From positions 1 to 50,740 of the IMG/VR virus record IMGVR_UViG_3300036045_000015: DNA of 50,740 bases; one strand, written 5' to 3'. This document shows positions 8,422 to 17,619 of this stretch, piece by piece (the stretch's first letter is position 1; every line of letters starts with the position of its first letter). Under the pieces are notes generated by a model, which saw only the letters and a program-made list of their open reading frames with translations, was not told the origin of the DNA and made no database searches. A program made the translations under genes and the position numbers. The DNA comes from a virus. Taxonomy: Duplodnaviria > Caudoviricetes.

Positions 8422-8968
8422 GCCCAAAAATGTGTGGGATCGGCTTCCCGCCGAGAGCGATAAAGCTTTTCACGCTTTCAGCACTTATTTACAAATGCCC
8501 GTTGGCGCACGAAATAAGAGCGAAGTTGCTACTATGCTGGGCTACCAAAGTTTTTCATCGGTCATGCGTTGGTCGAGCGATTTTAATTGGGATGCGCGTG
8601 TCGGGGCGTATGATAGTCATATGCAGGCTCTTGCTCTTGAGACGCAAGCACAAAGCCGCACAGAAGCAGCCGAAAATGCTACTATGCAGCTGCTTATGGA
8701 GATTGATCAAGCCGCTAAATTAATGACCCGCGCCCATCGAATATTGCTTAACCGTATGGAAAACCCCGATGAATTTAAGATGCACGAATTAAAAACGTTT
8801 GTGGATAGTATGCGAAATCTTGACGATTTAAGGCGCAGAGCGTTGGGTATGCCTACGGTTTTTACCCGTCAAGTTGCCGATCAATTAGAGCCAGAAACGT
8901 TATTTGTAATCACCCAGCAAGGATCGCGCCCAGCCGGAGAGGTTGACGGTTATGGTGAAGACCAATAA
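8384..8968 (+). CDS. terS: Terminase small subunit (HTH-containing)
   Basis: WDRLPAES.KAF.AF..Y...W...W..R..AYD pattern; directly upstream of terL. Confidence 0.7.
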   Translation: MVKKQSGIGSGIKPKNVWDRLPAESDKAFHAFSTYLQMPVGARNKSEVATMLGYQSFSSVMRWSSDFNWDARVGAYDSHMQALALETQAQSRTEAAENATMQLLMEIDQAAKLMTRAHRILLNRMENPDEFKMHELKTFVDSMRNLDDLRRRALGMPTVFTRQVADQLEPETLFVITQQGSRPAGEVDGYGEDQ

Positions 8969-10433
8969 AAAAGAACGTCCGTCTACAATTCCAAAAATAG
9001 ATTTTTCTCAAATGCCGCTGTACCCGTTACAGCGCGATATAGCCGACGACCCCGCCCGCTTCAAAGTAGTTGCAATTGGGAGGCAGGCGGGCAAGTCATT
9101 TTTAGCAAAATGGCTGGCGTTGAAATATGCTGCTAACGAAGGGCTGAAAGTTTGGTGGGTCGCACCGACGTATGAAACCGCGCGATCTCATTGGCTGGAT
9201 TTGCGGCGGATGTTAGAAGGTTTTCCTGTACGCAGCATTAATGTTGCTAGTCGAGAAATCACTTTTTGGTCTGGTGGAACGATTACTATTAGGTCGGGGC
9301 ATGAGCCGGAAAATCTGCGTGGCGGATCGTTGGATTTTATCATTTTAGACGAAGCCGCGTTTATGGATAGTTCCGTTTGGCTGCAAGTCTTACAGCCAAC
9401 GTTGACTGCTACAAGGGGGCGCGCGCTTATAATTTCTACGCCAAGAGGACGTAATTGGTTCTGGAACGTGTACACAATGGGTGCAGGCAATCATCCATTC
9501 TATAAGAGTTGGACAGCGCCTACAACGGTGTCGCCGTATCAGTCGAAAGAAGATTTAGATGTTTTACGAAAATCTGTTCCTGAAGTTGTTTGGCGTGAAG
9601 AATACCTTGCCGAATTTTTATCGGATGGCGGCGGCGTATTCACAAACGTAGAACGGGCGCAAGTAACCGATTTTGAAGATCGGCGTAAAGACCCTCTTGA
9701 AACTCTGATTATGGGTGTAGATGTAGGGGCAACCGATAATTACACTGCAATCACGATTATTAGCGAGACACGCGGCGAGCAAATTGCAGGTTACAGATTT
9801 AGAGGGCTAAGCCCTGTTTTGCAGGTGCAAGCGCTGCTTGATATTGTTTCGAAATACAAACCTCAGCATGTGAACGTTGAAATTAATGGAATTGGGCTAC
9901 CGCTTTGGCAATTGATGTACTTGGCGATGTCACGGATGTCTCTCGATACTATTGCAACTGATGATCTACTCGCCAGCTATACCGACGCTGATCGTGCAAA
10001 ACTTCAAGAAATTACGGGGGGAATTCGTAGCAACGGCGGTGCTGTGCATGAGACGGTCAATCGTTTTTATCATAACGGAACTCGTTATGAGGGGGTGCGA
10101 ATTGATAACGCGCTCAAGCGAGTGTTAGTTGAACGAACATCGGTAGCTATTGAATTTGGGCGCTTAAAACTGCTAAAGGCGGATGCTACTGAATATGGTC
10201 GGGTACAAGCAAATGAAATATCTACATTTATTCGTAAGCGGACGTTATCGGGGCTTGAGGTCACTTACATGGCGCAAGATGGGTCAACGGATGATACAAT
10301 TTCTGCGCTGATGCAGGCTATGCACACTGTAAAACTTACGAAAGCCGGGTACTCCGGTGCTGCGCGGTTAACAAACGGGCGGCAAGGCGACAAAAAGCGT
10401 AATCCTTTTTCTAAAAATAGTCGAGTTAAATAG
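8952..10433 (+). CDS. terL: Terminase large subunit
   Basis: GRQAGKS (Walker A), LRGGSLDFIILDEAAF (Walker B), ISTPRG, GVDVG and DDTISA (nuclease motifs). Confidence 0.95.
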   Translation: MVKTNKKERPSTIPKIDFSQMPLYPLQRDIADDPARFKVVAIGRQAGKSFLAKWLALKYAANEGLKVWWVAPTYETARSHWLDLRRMLEGFPVRSINVASREITFWSGGTITIRSGHEPENLRGGSLDFIILDEAAFMDSSVWLQVLQPTLTATRGRALIISTPRGRNWFWNVYTMGAGNHPFYKSWTAPTTVSPYQSKEDLDVLRKSVPEVVWREEYLAEFLSDGGGVFTNVERAQVTDFEDRRKDPLETLIMGVDVGATDNYTAITIISETRGEQIAGYRFRGLSPVLQVQALLDIVSKYKPQHVNVEINGIGLPLWQLMYLAMSRMSLDTIATDDLLASYTDADRAKLQEITGGIRSNGGAVHETVNRFYHNGTRYEGVRIDNALKRVLVERTSVAIEFGRLKLLKADATEYGRVQANEISTFIRKRTLSGLEVTYMAQDGSTDDTISALMQAMHTVKLTKAGYSGAARLTNGRQGDKKRNPFSKNSRVK

Positions 10434-10442
10434 GAGATCAAC

Positions 10443-11954
10443 ATGCCAAGTGCTGTTAAATACTATCCTCCAAGTACGCCTGAACGTCAAAGACTTATGG
10501 TCGCCGCCTCTCAAGAGCGAGCGCAACGGGTAATGGACTATGAAAGAGCGTTACAATACTATTACGGTAATCACCCGCTGCCGATAACAGTCGAAGACAA
10601 TATGCCGGATGACAATGTAGTTATCAATATGGTGCGTATGGTCGGGGATCGGACTGCGCAGTTTTTGTTTCCAGAACCGCCTAAATTTGAGACAGACATT
10701 GACAGCTTAGAAGACACGGAAGAAGAAATTTGGCTAAGAGAGCTATTTGAAAAGTCTGGCGGTTTGGCGTTTTTCAACCGTTGGGCAGTTCGAGGTTATT
10801 TATCGGGGCATACATTTTTAAGAGTTATGCCGCCAAAGTTTCCCGGCGATCAACCGTTTTTGACGTTGTATGACCCGACCCAAGTTGTGCCCTATTGGGA
10901 TGCGGAAAACCCATCTATCGTATTGTGGTATGAATTGCGGTATGCAGTCGGCGAAGATTTTTACATGATTGATTTTTATCGCAAGGGGCTAAATAGCTGG
11001 GGCATTGATAAGTATATCAACCGTAATCGAGTAGATGGCGCGGGCGGCACATTCTATGAGCGCACCGTGCAGCAGCAGTCAATGCTTTTTCGAGCGTTGT
11101 GGTCTACGGATTTGGGTGCGGCGGGCTGGGAGTTGGTGCAGTTGGGCAATTGGGAAAGTAATTATCCCCCCATAATTGATGTGCCCCATCTCCCTGACCC
11201 CGATAAACCCTACGGTATGAGTGAAGTTGCTAATTTACGATTACAGGACACGATTAATCGCATATTCAGTTTGATGAACATGATTGTGCGTAAACATTCT
11301 ACACCTGTGGATGTTATTACGGGGGCAGATGTTGATGATGTAGATAACAGTACAGAAGATTTATTCGCTATTGCTTCGCCGGGCGCAAAAGTTACTCGTC
11401 TTGAGTTAAAGGGCGATCTTGCAGCAGTTGATCAAGCGCTAGAACGGGCTATTATCATGTATCTTGCCCTTGCCCGCGTAGTTTTGCTGCGCGGGGAAGT
11501 CGCAGATTTGCAGCGCGTTACAAATGCTTCAGTGAAGACCCTATTTTTAGATGCGCTTGCAAAGAACACACTTTTGTGGTCATCTTATAGCGCTGCCTTA
11601 AAAATAGCAGCAGCTACCGCGCTAGAGATTGGTTACGCAAATCGGCTAATTACAAATAATCCGGTAAACTTGGATATTCAAGTCGTGCGGGCAGAGCCGT
11701 TACCGACTGATATGCTGGAAGTCGCACAGATTAATGCAATGGGGATTACGGGCGGGTATATGTCTCGACAAGATGCTGCGACACGTTTGGGCTTAAATTG
11801 GGCGCGAACCTCGTCTGCGATAAAGGCAGAACATGATGTAATGATGGAACGTCAAGTCGCGGACGCCGCAATGATGCAAACTGTCAGCCCGAACCAATCG
11901 AATTCAGAGCAAAAAGAGCGTTCAAATGAGCAAAATGTTGACAATGAGAATTAG
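10443..11954 (+). CDS. Portal protein (SPP1-like)
   Basis: YYYGNH and PYGMSEV...LQD.IN patterns; size; position after terL. Confidence 0.85.
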   Translation: MPSAVKYYPPSTPERQRLMVAASQERAQRVMDYERALQYYYGNHPLPITVEDNMPDDNVVINMVRMVGDRTAQFLFPEPPKFETDIDSLEDTEEEIWLRELFEKSGGLAFFNRWAVRGYLSGHTFLRVMPPKFPGDQPFLTLYDPTQVVPYWDAENPSIVLWYELRYAVGEDFYMIDFYRKGLNSWGIDKYINRNRVDGAGGTFYERTVQQQSMLFRALWSTDLGAAGWELVQLGNWESNYPPIIDVPHLPDPDKPYGMSEVANLRLQDTINRIFSLMNMIVRKHSTPVDVITGADVDDVDNSTEDLFAIASPGAKVTRLELKGDLAAVDQALERAIIMYLALARVVLLRGEVADLQRVTNASVKTLFLDALAKNTLLWSSYSAALKIAAATALEIGYANRLITNNPVNLDIQVVRAEPLPTDMLEVAQINAMGITGGYMSRQDAATRLGLNWARTSSAIKAEHDVMMERQVADAAMMQTVSPNQSNSEQKERSNEQNVDNEN

Positions 11955-11965
11955 CAATCTATAAT
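11938..11965 (+). promoter_or_regulatory. Promoter TTGACA-16-TATAAT for scaffold/capsid
   Basis: Consensus hexamers. Confidence 0.8.
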
Positions 11966-11971
11966 GCTTAT

Positions 11972-12147
11972 TTGTGGGGTTGTCCTGAACTTTTGGGGTG
12001 CAGGCGGGTGCTGTGCGCCCCAATACTTAGGATTAACGCCGCTGCCAACTGTTAATAGATATAGTTGGCAATTCATTAATACTTATATTTAGGGGGCGGC
12101 GAGTGCCGCCCTCTTTGGTTCGGGCGAGTGCCCAAAAGGAACCCCAA
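11972..12147 (+). promoter_or_regulatory. Structured 5' leader of the scaffold gene
   Basis: Four hairpins, two with identical GGC-GAGT-GCC tops; an anti-SD pairing is possible. Confidence 0.6.
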
Positions 12148-12729
12148 ATGCGCTACAAATTAGTTGACGAACAAGGTGTAGAAGTTCCGGCTGAAAGTGT
12201 GACATCTGAACATTTACGAGAGTTCAAGCCGTACCAAGAGGTTCTTGAGGAAAGCATTGAACGTCGTAAAGTTATTGCATCGCTCAAGGCAACGCAGAAT
12301 AAGCCGGAAAAATCCGCGCCAGAAGATGCAGAGCAAGTTAATTCTGCTGTTCCCGTTTTGCCAAAAGTTGAAATGTCAAAAGTCGAGGCTCCGTCTTTTG
12401 ACCCCAGTGCGCTGGTCGCTCAGCTAGAACGCGACATTACTGCAAAAGTTACGGCGGCGCTGGCAGCAGCAAAACAAGCTGAACAGGAACAAGAGCAACA
12501 AATGAATGGGCTGTTACGCGAATTTAAGCTGCCCGCTATAGCGCGTGAAGCACTTGCCCCTGTAGCTGACCCGAATGTTCGTCGGCAAATTGCAGACGCG
12601 CTTAGCCGTTCTGGATTACGTCACGATTATGTTGACGAAGGCGGGCAAAAAGAACCGCCGCAAGCTGAATTTTTAGCGAGGCTAGATAAACGGCTTAATT
12701 TGTCAGACGATAATAAACCATTCGGTTGA
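12148..12729 (+). CDS. Capsid scaffolding protein (putative)
   Basis: Helical and charged, with an EESIERR motif; lies between portal and capsid; ATG 12148 after AAGGA. Confidence 0.7.
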   Translation: MRYKLVDEQGVEVPAESVTSEHLREFKPYQEVLEESIERRKVIASLKATQNKPEKSAPEDAEQVNSAVPVLPKVEMSKVEAPSFDPSALVAQLERDITAKVTAALAAAKQAEQEQEQQMNGLLREFKLPAIAREALAPVADPNVRRQIADALSRSGLRHDYVDEGGQKEPPQAEFLARLDKRLNLSDDNKPFG

Positions 12730-12777
12730 AAAATATCAAAAATTACATAAAAATAAATAAGTCAGTGAGGTTATTTT

Positions 12778-14028
12778 ATGGCTTACCCAAATGCAACTAA
12801 TCCGCAAAATTTGGCACAAATTTATGGGGGATTGAAAGATTTAATCCCGCATATGGAGGAACGCGCGTTTAAGTACGTTATGTACAGTCGCGTTTTGCCC
12901 GGACGTGTGACCCTCTATACTGATATGCCCGGCAGCTGGAATGTCCGCAAGTTTTCTGAATACGAACGTCCTCGCCGCGCTGTTTTGAAAAATGAAGGCG
13001 AGCGCGTTGAAGCGGCAAAAATGCGCCGTAAGCGAACAGTGCAAATTGAGCCGCAAGAATGGTCTGATGCTTATGAGATTACAGATCGTCGTTCGGGGAC
13101 GGATTTGGAAAATATTGCCGCCGATACGATTGAAGCATTGGGCGGTTCGTTAGGGCTTCGTCAAGAAAAATTGCTGTTCAAACAACTTCAGAGTAGCGCC
13201 TATGCAACGTTGGGCGATGGCACTGATCAATTTGCGTTGTATATGCAAATTGCGGGTCAGCAAGAGGCGGCAAAAAAAGGTTGGTCAGGTCAGTGGTTCA
13301 TGGCGCTGCATCCGTACCAGACTGTGGGCGTATTGACCGAATTGATTGATTTGACGAAAGCGGGTGTTCCTGCTTTCCGCAACGATTTTATCGCGCAATG
13401 GCGCATCGGCGGGTTTGGCAATCTTATTTTGATCGAGACGCCTTTATTGCCGCGCCACATTGTGTATAATTTGAACATCACAGCGGGGGCGGGTACGGGA
13501 GCGGATGGCGACACCTTCAAACTGTACTTGGGCACCAAAGATGATGGCACGGAAGCAATTACAGCGGAAATTACCGTTGATGCTACCGATGCCCCAGCAA
13601 TTGCGGATACAATTGATGCTATCGAAGCAGCATTAAACGCAGTGACCAATTTTCCTGATGGTTGGGTAGTTGGCGGTACTGCGTTAAATGCGCTTACTAT
13701 TACCCCGCCGTTGACATATTACGTAGATGCTGAGGATGAACTTCGTCTTGCTACTAATGAAGATGGAGACATTGACGGCACGATTAGCGCATCAAATATC
13801 ATTATCAGTGAAAATACTGCTACGGCTAAGGCGGTTATGTGGACACCTGAAACGGTTGCGCTTGATGTGCGCACTCCTATGACAATGGGCATGGAGATGT
13901 ATAACGAAGAAGGCTACATTCGTATGTTTGGAAAGCAAACGTATGGAGTTGAAGACCTTCGCGGTGATCGTCGTTTCCATGTTCATACGTTGGCTTATAG
14001 CCCGTTCAGCACAGCAGCACTCAGCTAA
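12778..14028 (+). CDS. Major capsid protein with an inserted decoration-like domain
   Basis: Position; LHPYQ, IGGFGNL.LIET and YGV..LR motifs typical of HK97-fold capsids. Confidence 0.85.
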   Translation: MAYPNATNPQNLAQIYGGLKDLIPHMEERAFKYVMYSRVLPGRVTLYTDMPGSWNVRKFSEYERPRRAVLKNEGERVEAAKMRRKRTVQIEPQEWSDAYEITDRRSGTDLENIAADTIEALGGSLGLRQEKLLFKQLQSSAYATLGDGTDQFALYMQIAGQQEAAKKGWSGQWFMALHPYQTVGVLTELIDLTKAGVPAFRNDFIAQWRIGGFGNLILIETPLLPRHIVYNLNITAGAGTGADGDTFKLYLGTKDDGTEAITAEITVDATDAPAIADTIDAIEAALNAVTNFPDGWVVGGTALNALTITPPLTYYVDAEDELRLATNEDGDIDGTISASNIIISENTATAKAVMWTPETVALDVRTPMTMGMEMYNEEGYIRMFGKQTYGVEDLRGDRRFHVHTLAYSPFSTAALS

Positions 14029-14047
14029 ATAATTAGGGGGGTAAATC

Positions 14048-14593
14048 ATGGCGCGAGCTACGATGTTAGGTTTAATTTCGGAACTGAGAATGTTGTCTAG
14101 TGCGGTAACAAACGATGTGTTTGACGGCGTGACTTACTGGACGGACGATCAACTCGAAGCCATTCTTGACCGAAATAGCGTCTATCACTTGCGCCACCCC
14201 CTAATAGTTCATCCGATTTATGAAGACGGGAGCATATCTTATCGTTATTGGCGGATAACCGACCATAATCGTAATCGTCGCGTTGAAGATGACCCCGAAA
14301 TTGTAAACTACTGGGGCGTGGTGCAGAACGAAGTAACCGTTGATGTGAATATGGGGATAGTGACATTTGATAACAGCCCATCGAAAAACGCAAAAATGTT
14401 CATCAATATGCGTGTTTTCTTTATGGCTGATGCGGTTGCAGAGGTGTGGGCGGCTAAGGCAGCGCAACGTGCGCCTTATGTAGATTTTCGCGCGGGGGTG
14501 CAGCGCGGTGCCATGCAGCAAGAGTATCAGCACTGCGTAGAGCAGCATAGATTGTGGCGGGCGCGGACAATGCGAGGTCATAAACGTCTATGA
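14048..14593 (+). CDS. Head-tail adaptor (putative)
   Basis: Position; WTDDQLE.ILD and AVAEVW..KAA patterns. Confidence 0.6.
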   Translation: MARATMLGLISELRMLSSAVTNDVFDGVTYWTDDQLEAILDRNSVYHLRHPLIVHPIYEDGSISYRYWRITDHNRNRRVEDDPEIVNYWGVVQNEVTVDVNMGIVTFDNSPSKNAKMFINMRVFFMADAVAEVWAAKAAQRAPYVDFRAGVQRGAMQQEYQHCVEQHRLWRARTMRGHKRL

Positions 14594-14994
14594 ATATTTC
14601 CGAACATGTTAATCGTTGGCGCACATTTACCAATACAAATTTATTGCCGTCTATTTGTAAAGTGCGCACTCCAAAACCAATAACTGAAGTTGACGAGATG
14701 GGCGTACCTGTTCGCGGTGACGTAGTTTACCGAACGTATGCCGATAGCGAAGATATACCTTGTCGAATTGACCCGTCTCGTGCTTTTCGACCTGAATACA
14801 CGCCGCTTCAAGCGATAGTCGCTGATGAATATGAGGTTCACTTTCCAGTTGGTTTTCTACCTCAACATGCTGATATTATTGAAACGGCAGATGGACGTTT
14901 GATGCGAATTCGTAAGATTACTGAAGCAGATACATTTGATGTAACAACGTATGTGTTAGCCTCGTATCTGTCTCTTACGGAGGTAAACGCATGA
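14590..14994 (+). CDS. Head closure / stopper protein (putative)
   Basis: Position, size, IPCRI motif. Confidence 0.6.
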   Translation: MNISEHVNRWRTFTNTNLLPSICKVRTPKPITEVDEMGVPVRGDVVYRTYADSEDIPCRIDPSRAFRPEYTPLQAIVADEYEVHFPVGFLPQHADIIETADGRLMRIRKITEADTFDVTTYVLASYLSLTEVNA

Positions 14995-15443
14995 GCTTAA
15001 ATATGCGGGTCAGGTTAGACCATAGCGGCACTATTCGAGCCGAGCGCAAAGCGTTACGTGTGGCAGATGCTACAACGCGGGAAATTGCGCAGTACATTGT
15101 CGAAGATATTCGCTCAAGCTGGTCGGCGCAAAGTCCGTCTAATGTTGGCAGCCCGCCCGCTGTAGACACCGGGAACTTAGATAGTTCGGTAAAGCTTGAA
15201 CGAACAGGACGCGATGAACGCGGGCGTTTTGCTAATGCTGCTAATACCGCTGTTCATTTTGTGCGTATTGACACTACACAAGGCAGCAATCCGGGCGGGC
15301 GAGGGCAATATGCTGCTGCTTTAGAAGACCCCGACTATTTTAACCGCCCGTATATGCGTCCAGCTGTCGAACGTGCGGCTGAGCATTTTGGCATAGCTTA
15401 TGCAGTTAATTGGGATAGCGCGGGGGGTGGTAACAATGGATAA
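14991..15443 (+). CDS. HK97 gp10-like neck protein
   Basis: PPAVDTGNL.SS, YAAALE and RPYMRPA motifs. Confidence 0.8.
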   Translation: MSLNMRVRLDHSGTIRAERKALRVADATTREIAQYIVEDIRSSWSAQSPSNVGSPPAVDTGNLDSSVKLERTGRDERGRFANAANTAVHFVRIDTTQGSNPGGRGQYAAALEDPDYFNRPYMRPAVERAAEHFGIAYAVNWDSAGGGNNG

Positions 15444-15861
15444 CAGCCCTAATCAACTTGCAGTCAAAGCGATTATACGCACACTCAAAGCAAGCGCCGC
15501 TGTGATTTCTGCGTTAACCGATGCGGGCATAACTCGAATATTTTTTGAGCGAGCGCCCCAAGAAATGCCTTATCCCTATGTCGTTATTCGACACATGAGC
15601 GGGGGATTGCGTAATCATACAAAACAGCAGTTTTTTGATGGGATTTACCGCATTACGAGTTGGTCAAACGAAACAGGAATTTATGCAGTATCGGCATTTG
15701 TTGAAACAGCGCTTATAGACAAACCACTAGTAGTGACTGACCTGCCTATTACAGGAATGGGTTTAATTCAACAAACATTGCCAATTAGTAACACCTACTC
15801 ACGTCAAAATGAAATTATTTACGAAGATGGGGCGGATTATCGTATTCGCTTCAGTCTATAA
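15436..15861 (+). CDS. Tail terminator / completion protein (DUF3168-like)
   Basis: RIF.ERAP...PYPYVV motif; position. Confidence 0.7.
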   Translation: MDNSPNQLAVKAIIRTLKASAAVISALTDAGITRIFFERAPQEMPYPYVVIRHMSGGLRNHTKQQFFDGIYRITSWSNETGIYAVSAFVETALIDKPLVVTDLPITGMGLIQQTLPISNTYSRQNEIIYEDGADYRIRFSL

Positions 15862-15873
15862 GGGAGAAGTAAT

Positions 15874-16668
15874 ATGGCGCTGCCAATCGAAGATTATGTT
15901 ATTAGTTCAGATGTAGAAATTTGGTTTATGCCATTTGGCAACCGCAAAAAGAATGACGGCGTAGAAACTGAGCATGTGCAAGAGTTGCTGTTTCATCCGA
16001 ATGTGGACGGCGGTACTTTTCGTCTGCGCGTTAACGGCGAACAAACAGCGGACATCACTTTTAACACTACCGTTGCGACATTTCTAACTTCTATTAACAA
16101 CGCTCTCGATGCGTTGGAAATTTTAGACGCAGCGGAGATTGTAGCGACGGGTACGGCTAGTACCGCAATTACGCTTACGGGCGCTGATCCGGGCTATTAT
16201 CATATCTTGGTTGAAAATGTCGCTTTGACTGATAGTTCTGTTGCAGTTGAACCCAGCCTCGCCGTCCGTACTCGTGTAACTACTTACGGTTCGCTCTCCA
16301 TTCGTCTTGATGCTTATATGTCGTCTTTTGATATTGAGGATAGCGTAGATACAACTGATACCACGCCAATCAGCCAATTTTCAGCCGATGTAGTCGCCGT
16401 CAAAAACTCTGGCAGCTTCAGTGCAAAGTTGTTTGACGCTAATCAAGAATGGGGCTGGCTGTTTGCAGTTATGGATGTGGAAGGTTTGGAGGGGCGCATG
16501 GAGGTTTATAAGCAAGGTAAGTTTGATGGCACTCGCTATCGTGTTTTGGATGTATTGATCGAAAGCGCTAAGCAGAGCTACCCCGATCACGATAAGCTTG
16601 AAATTGATATTAGCGGTATGCGCAAGGGCGCGTATGTGGTTCCGCCAGAGAGCATCTACCGTATTTAG
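15874..16668 (+). CDS. Major tail tube protein with an inserted domain
   Basis: Position; beta-rich; GGTFRL...QTADI..N insertion. Confidence 0.75.
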   Translation: MALPIEDYVISSDVEIWFMPFGNRKKNDGVETEHVQELLFHPNVDGGTFRLRVNGEQTADITFNTTVATFLTSINNALDALEILDAAEIVATGTASTAITLTGADPGYYHILVENVALTDSSVAVEPSLAVRTRVTTYGSLSIRLDAYMSSFDIEDSVDTTDTTPISQFSADVVAVKNSGSFSAKLFDANQEWGWLFAVMDVEGLEGRMEVYKQGKFDGTRYRVLDVLIESAKQSYPDHDKLEIDISGMRKGAYVVPPESIYRI

Positions 16669-16720
16669 TAAGATCGTTGGCTTTATCATTAATTTTCAAT
16701 ACAAAAAAGGATAACCCACT

Positions 16721-17332
16721 ATGCCTTCTTTATACGGCGAATACCGTAACAAAATTAAAAGCGAGCAGGCGGCTAAGAAGCCGGATGAGCGCGTTGCCCG
16801 TGTACGCTTTAATCCAAACAGTTTGACTTTCGCTGAGTATCTTTTGTTAGATTACGCTTTTAGAAATGATTTCACAGCGGTTGTAGAGGCGCTTTTGCCA
16901 AAAACAATTGTCAGCTGGGATTTTGAAGTGAGCATGAGCCGCCCGGAAAACGCGGGGGATGACTGGAACGTGCTGCACAACTTGACATGGGAACAGTCAC
17001 TTGAGGTTCAAGGCGCGTTTATCCGGTTAGCTGCAAAATATCATGAACAGGTGCTAACGTCGCATGATATTGAAACGTATCGTTTACCCGTCACATGGCG
17101 TCATGCCGATGGGCAACATTTCAAGTCATTAATCAAACAAGCAGAAAAAGTTACTGGCTTGTTTGATGGAGAGTACCCGTATGAACAATGGGTTACAGAG
17201 ATGCTTGAAATTATGCGTCCTGCTGCTTTCGAGCCGCTTGTAGACGACGAAGAATTTGACTTTCATAATGGTACATTGACAATGCACCTTATTCGTCATG
17301 CAGTTGATCGAGCATTATCAGGAAAAAACTAG
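16721..17332 (+). CDS. Tail assembly chaperone (gpG-like)
   Basis: Between tail tube and tape measure; ends GGA AAA AAC TAG. Confidence 0.75.
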   Translation: MPSLYGEYRNKIKSEQAAKKPDERVARVRFNPNSLTFAEYLLLDYAFRNDFTAVVEALLPKTIVSWDFEVSMSRPENAGDDWNVLHNLTWEQSLEVQGAFIRLAAKYHEQVLTSHDIETYRLPVTWRHADGQHFKSLIKQAEKVTGLFDGEYPYEQWVTEMLEIMRPAAFEPLVDDEEFDFHNGTLTMHLIRHAVDRALSGKN

Positions 17333-17565
17333 AAAACCGTCTGTATTTGTCGGCTGTTTATCATAAGCCCCTCGACCCCGCAACCGTATGGAGAATTATT
17401 CGTGTACGACTGTGGGAAAAGGGGCACACTTTTGAAAAAATAGATGCAATGTCTCTAAATGATATTGGAGATATTTTAGCCTATTGGAACGAAGTGAGAA
17501 TGATCGAAAACAGTCGGCGAAGCGCTAAGGCGGGGCGCTCACAAAAAAGTAAAAGTAAAAAATAA
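17323..17565 (+). CDS. Tail assembly chaperone -1 frameshift extension (gpGT-like)
   Basis: Slippery heptamer A AAA AAC at 17323-17329; the -1 frame is open (KLENRLYLSAVYHKP...) to 17565 with no independent ATG/RBS. Confidence 0.8.
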   Translation, partial: KKLENRLYLSAVYHKPLDPATVWRIIRVRLWEKGHTFEKIDAMSLNDIGDILAYWNEVRMIENSRRSAKAGRSQKSKSKK

Positions 17566-17569
17566 TTAG

Positions 17570-17603
17570 ACGCCCGTTGACGATGGTCATCGGGCGCTTT
17601 TTT
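17570..17603 (+). terminator. Terminator-like hairpin before the tape measure gene
   Basis: CGCCCGTTGAC/GTCATCGGGCG imperfect stem plus T run. Confidence 0.55.
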
Positions 17604-17619
17604 GGTAAAGGGTATACGT

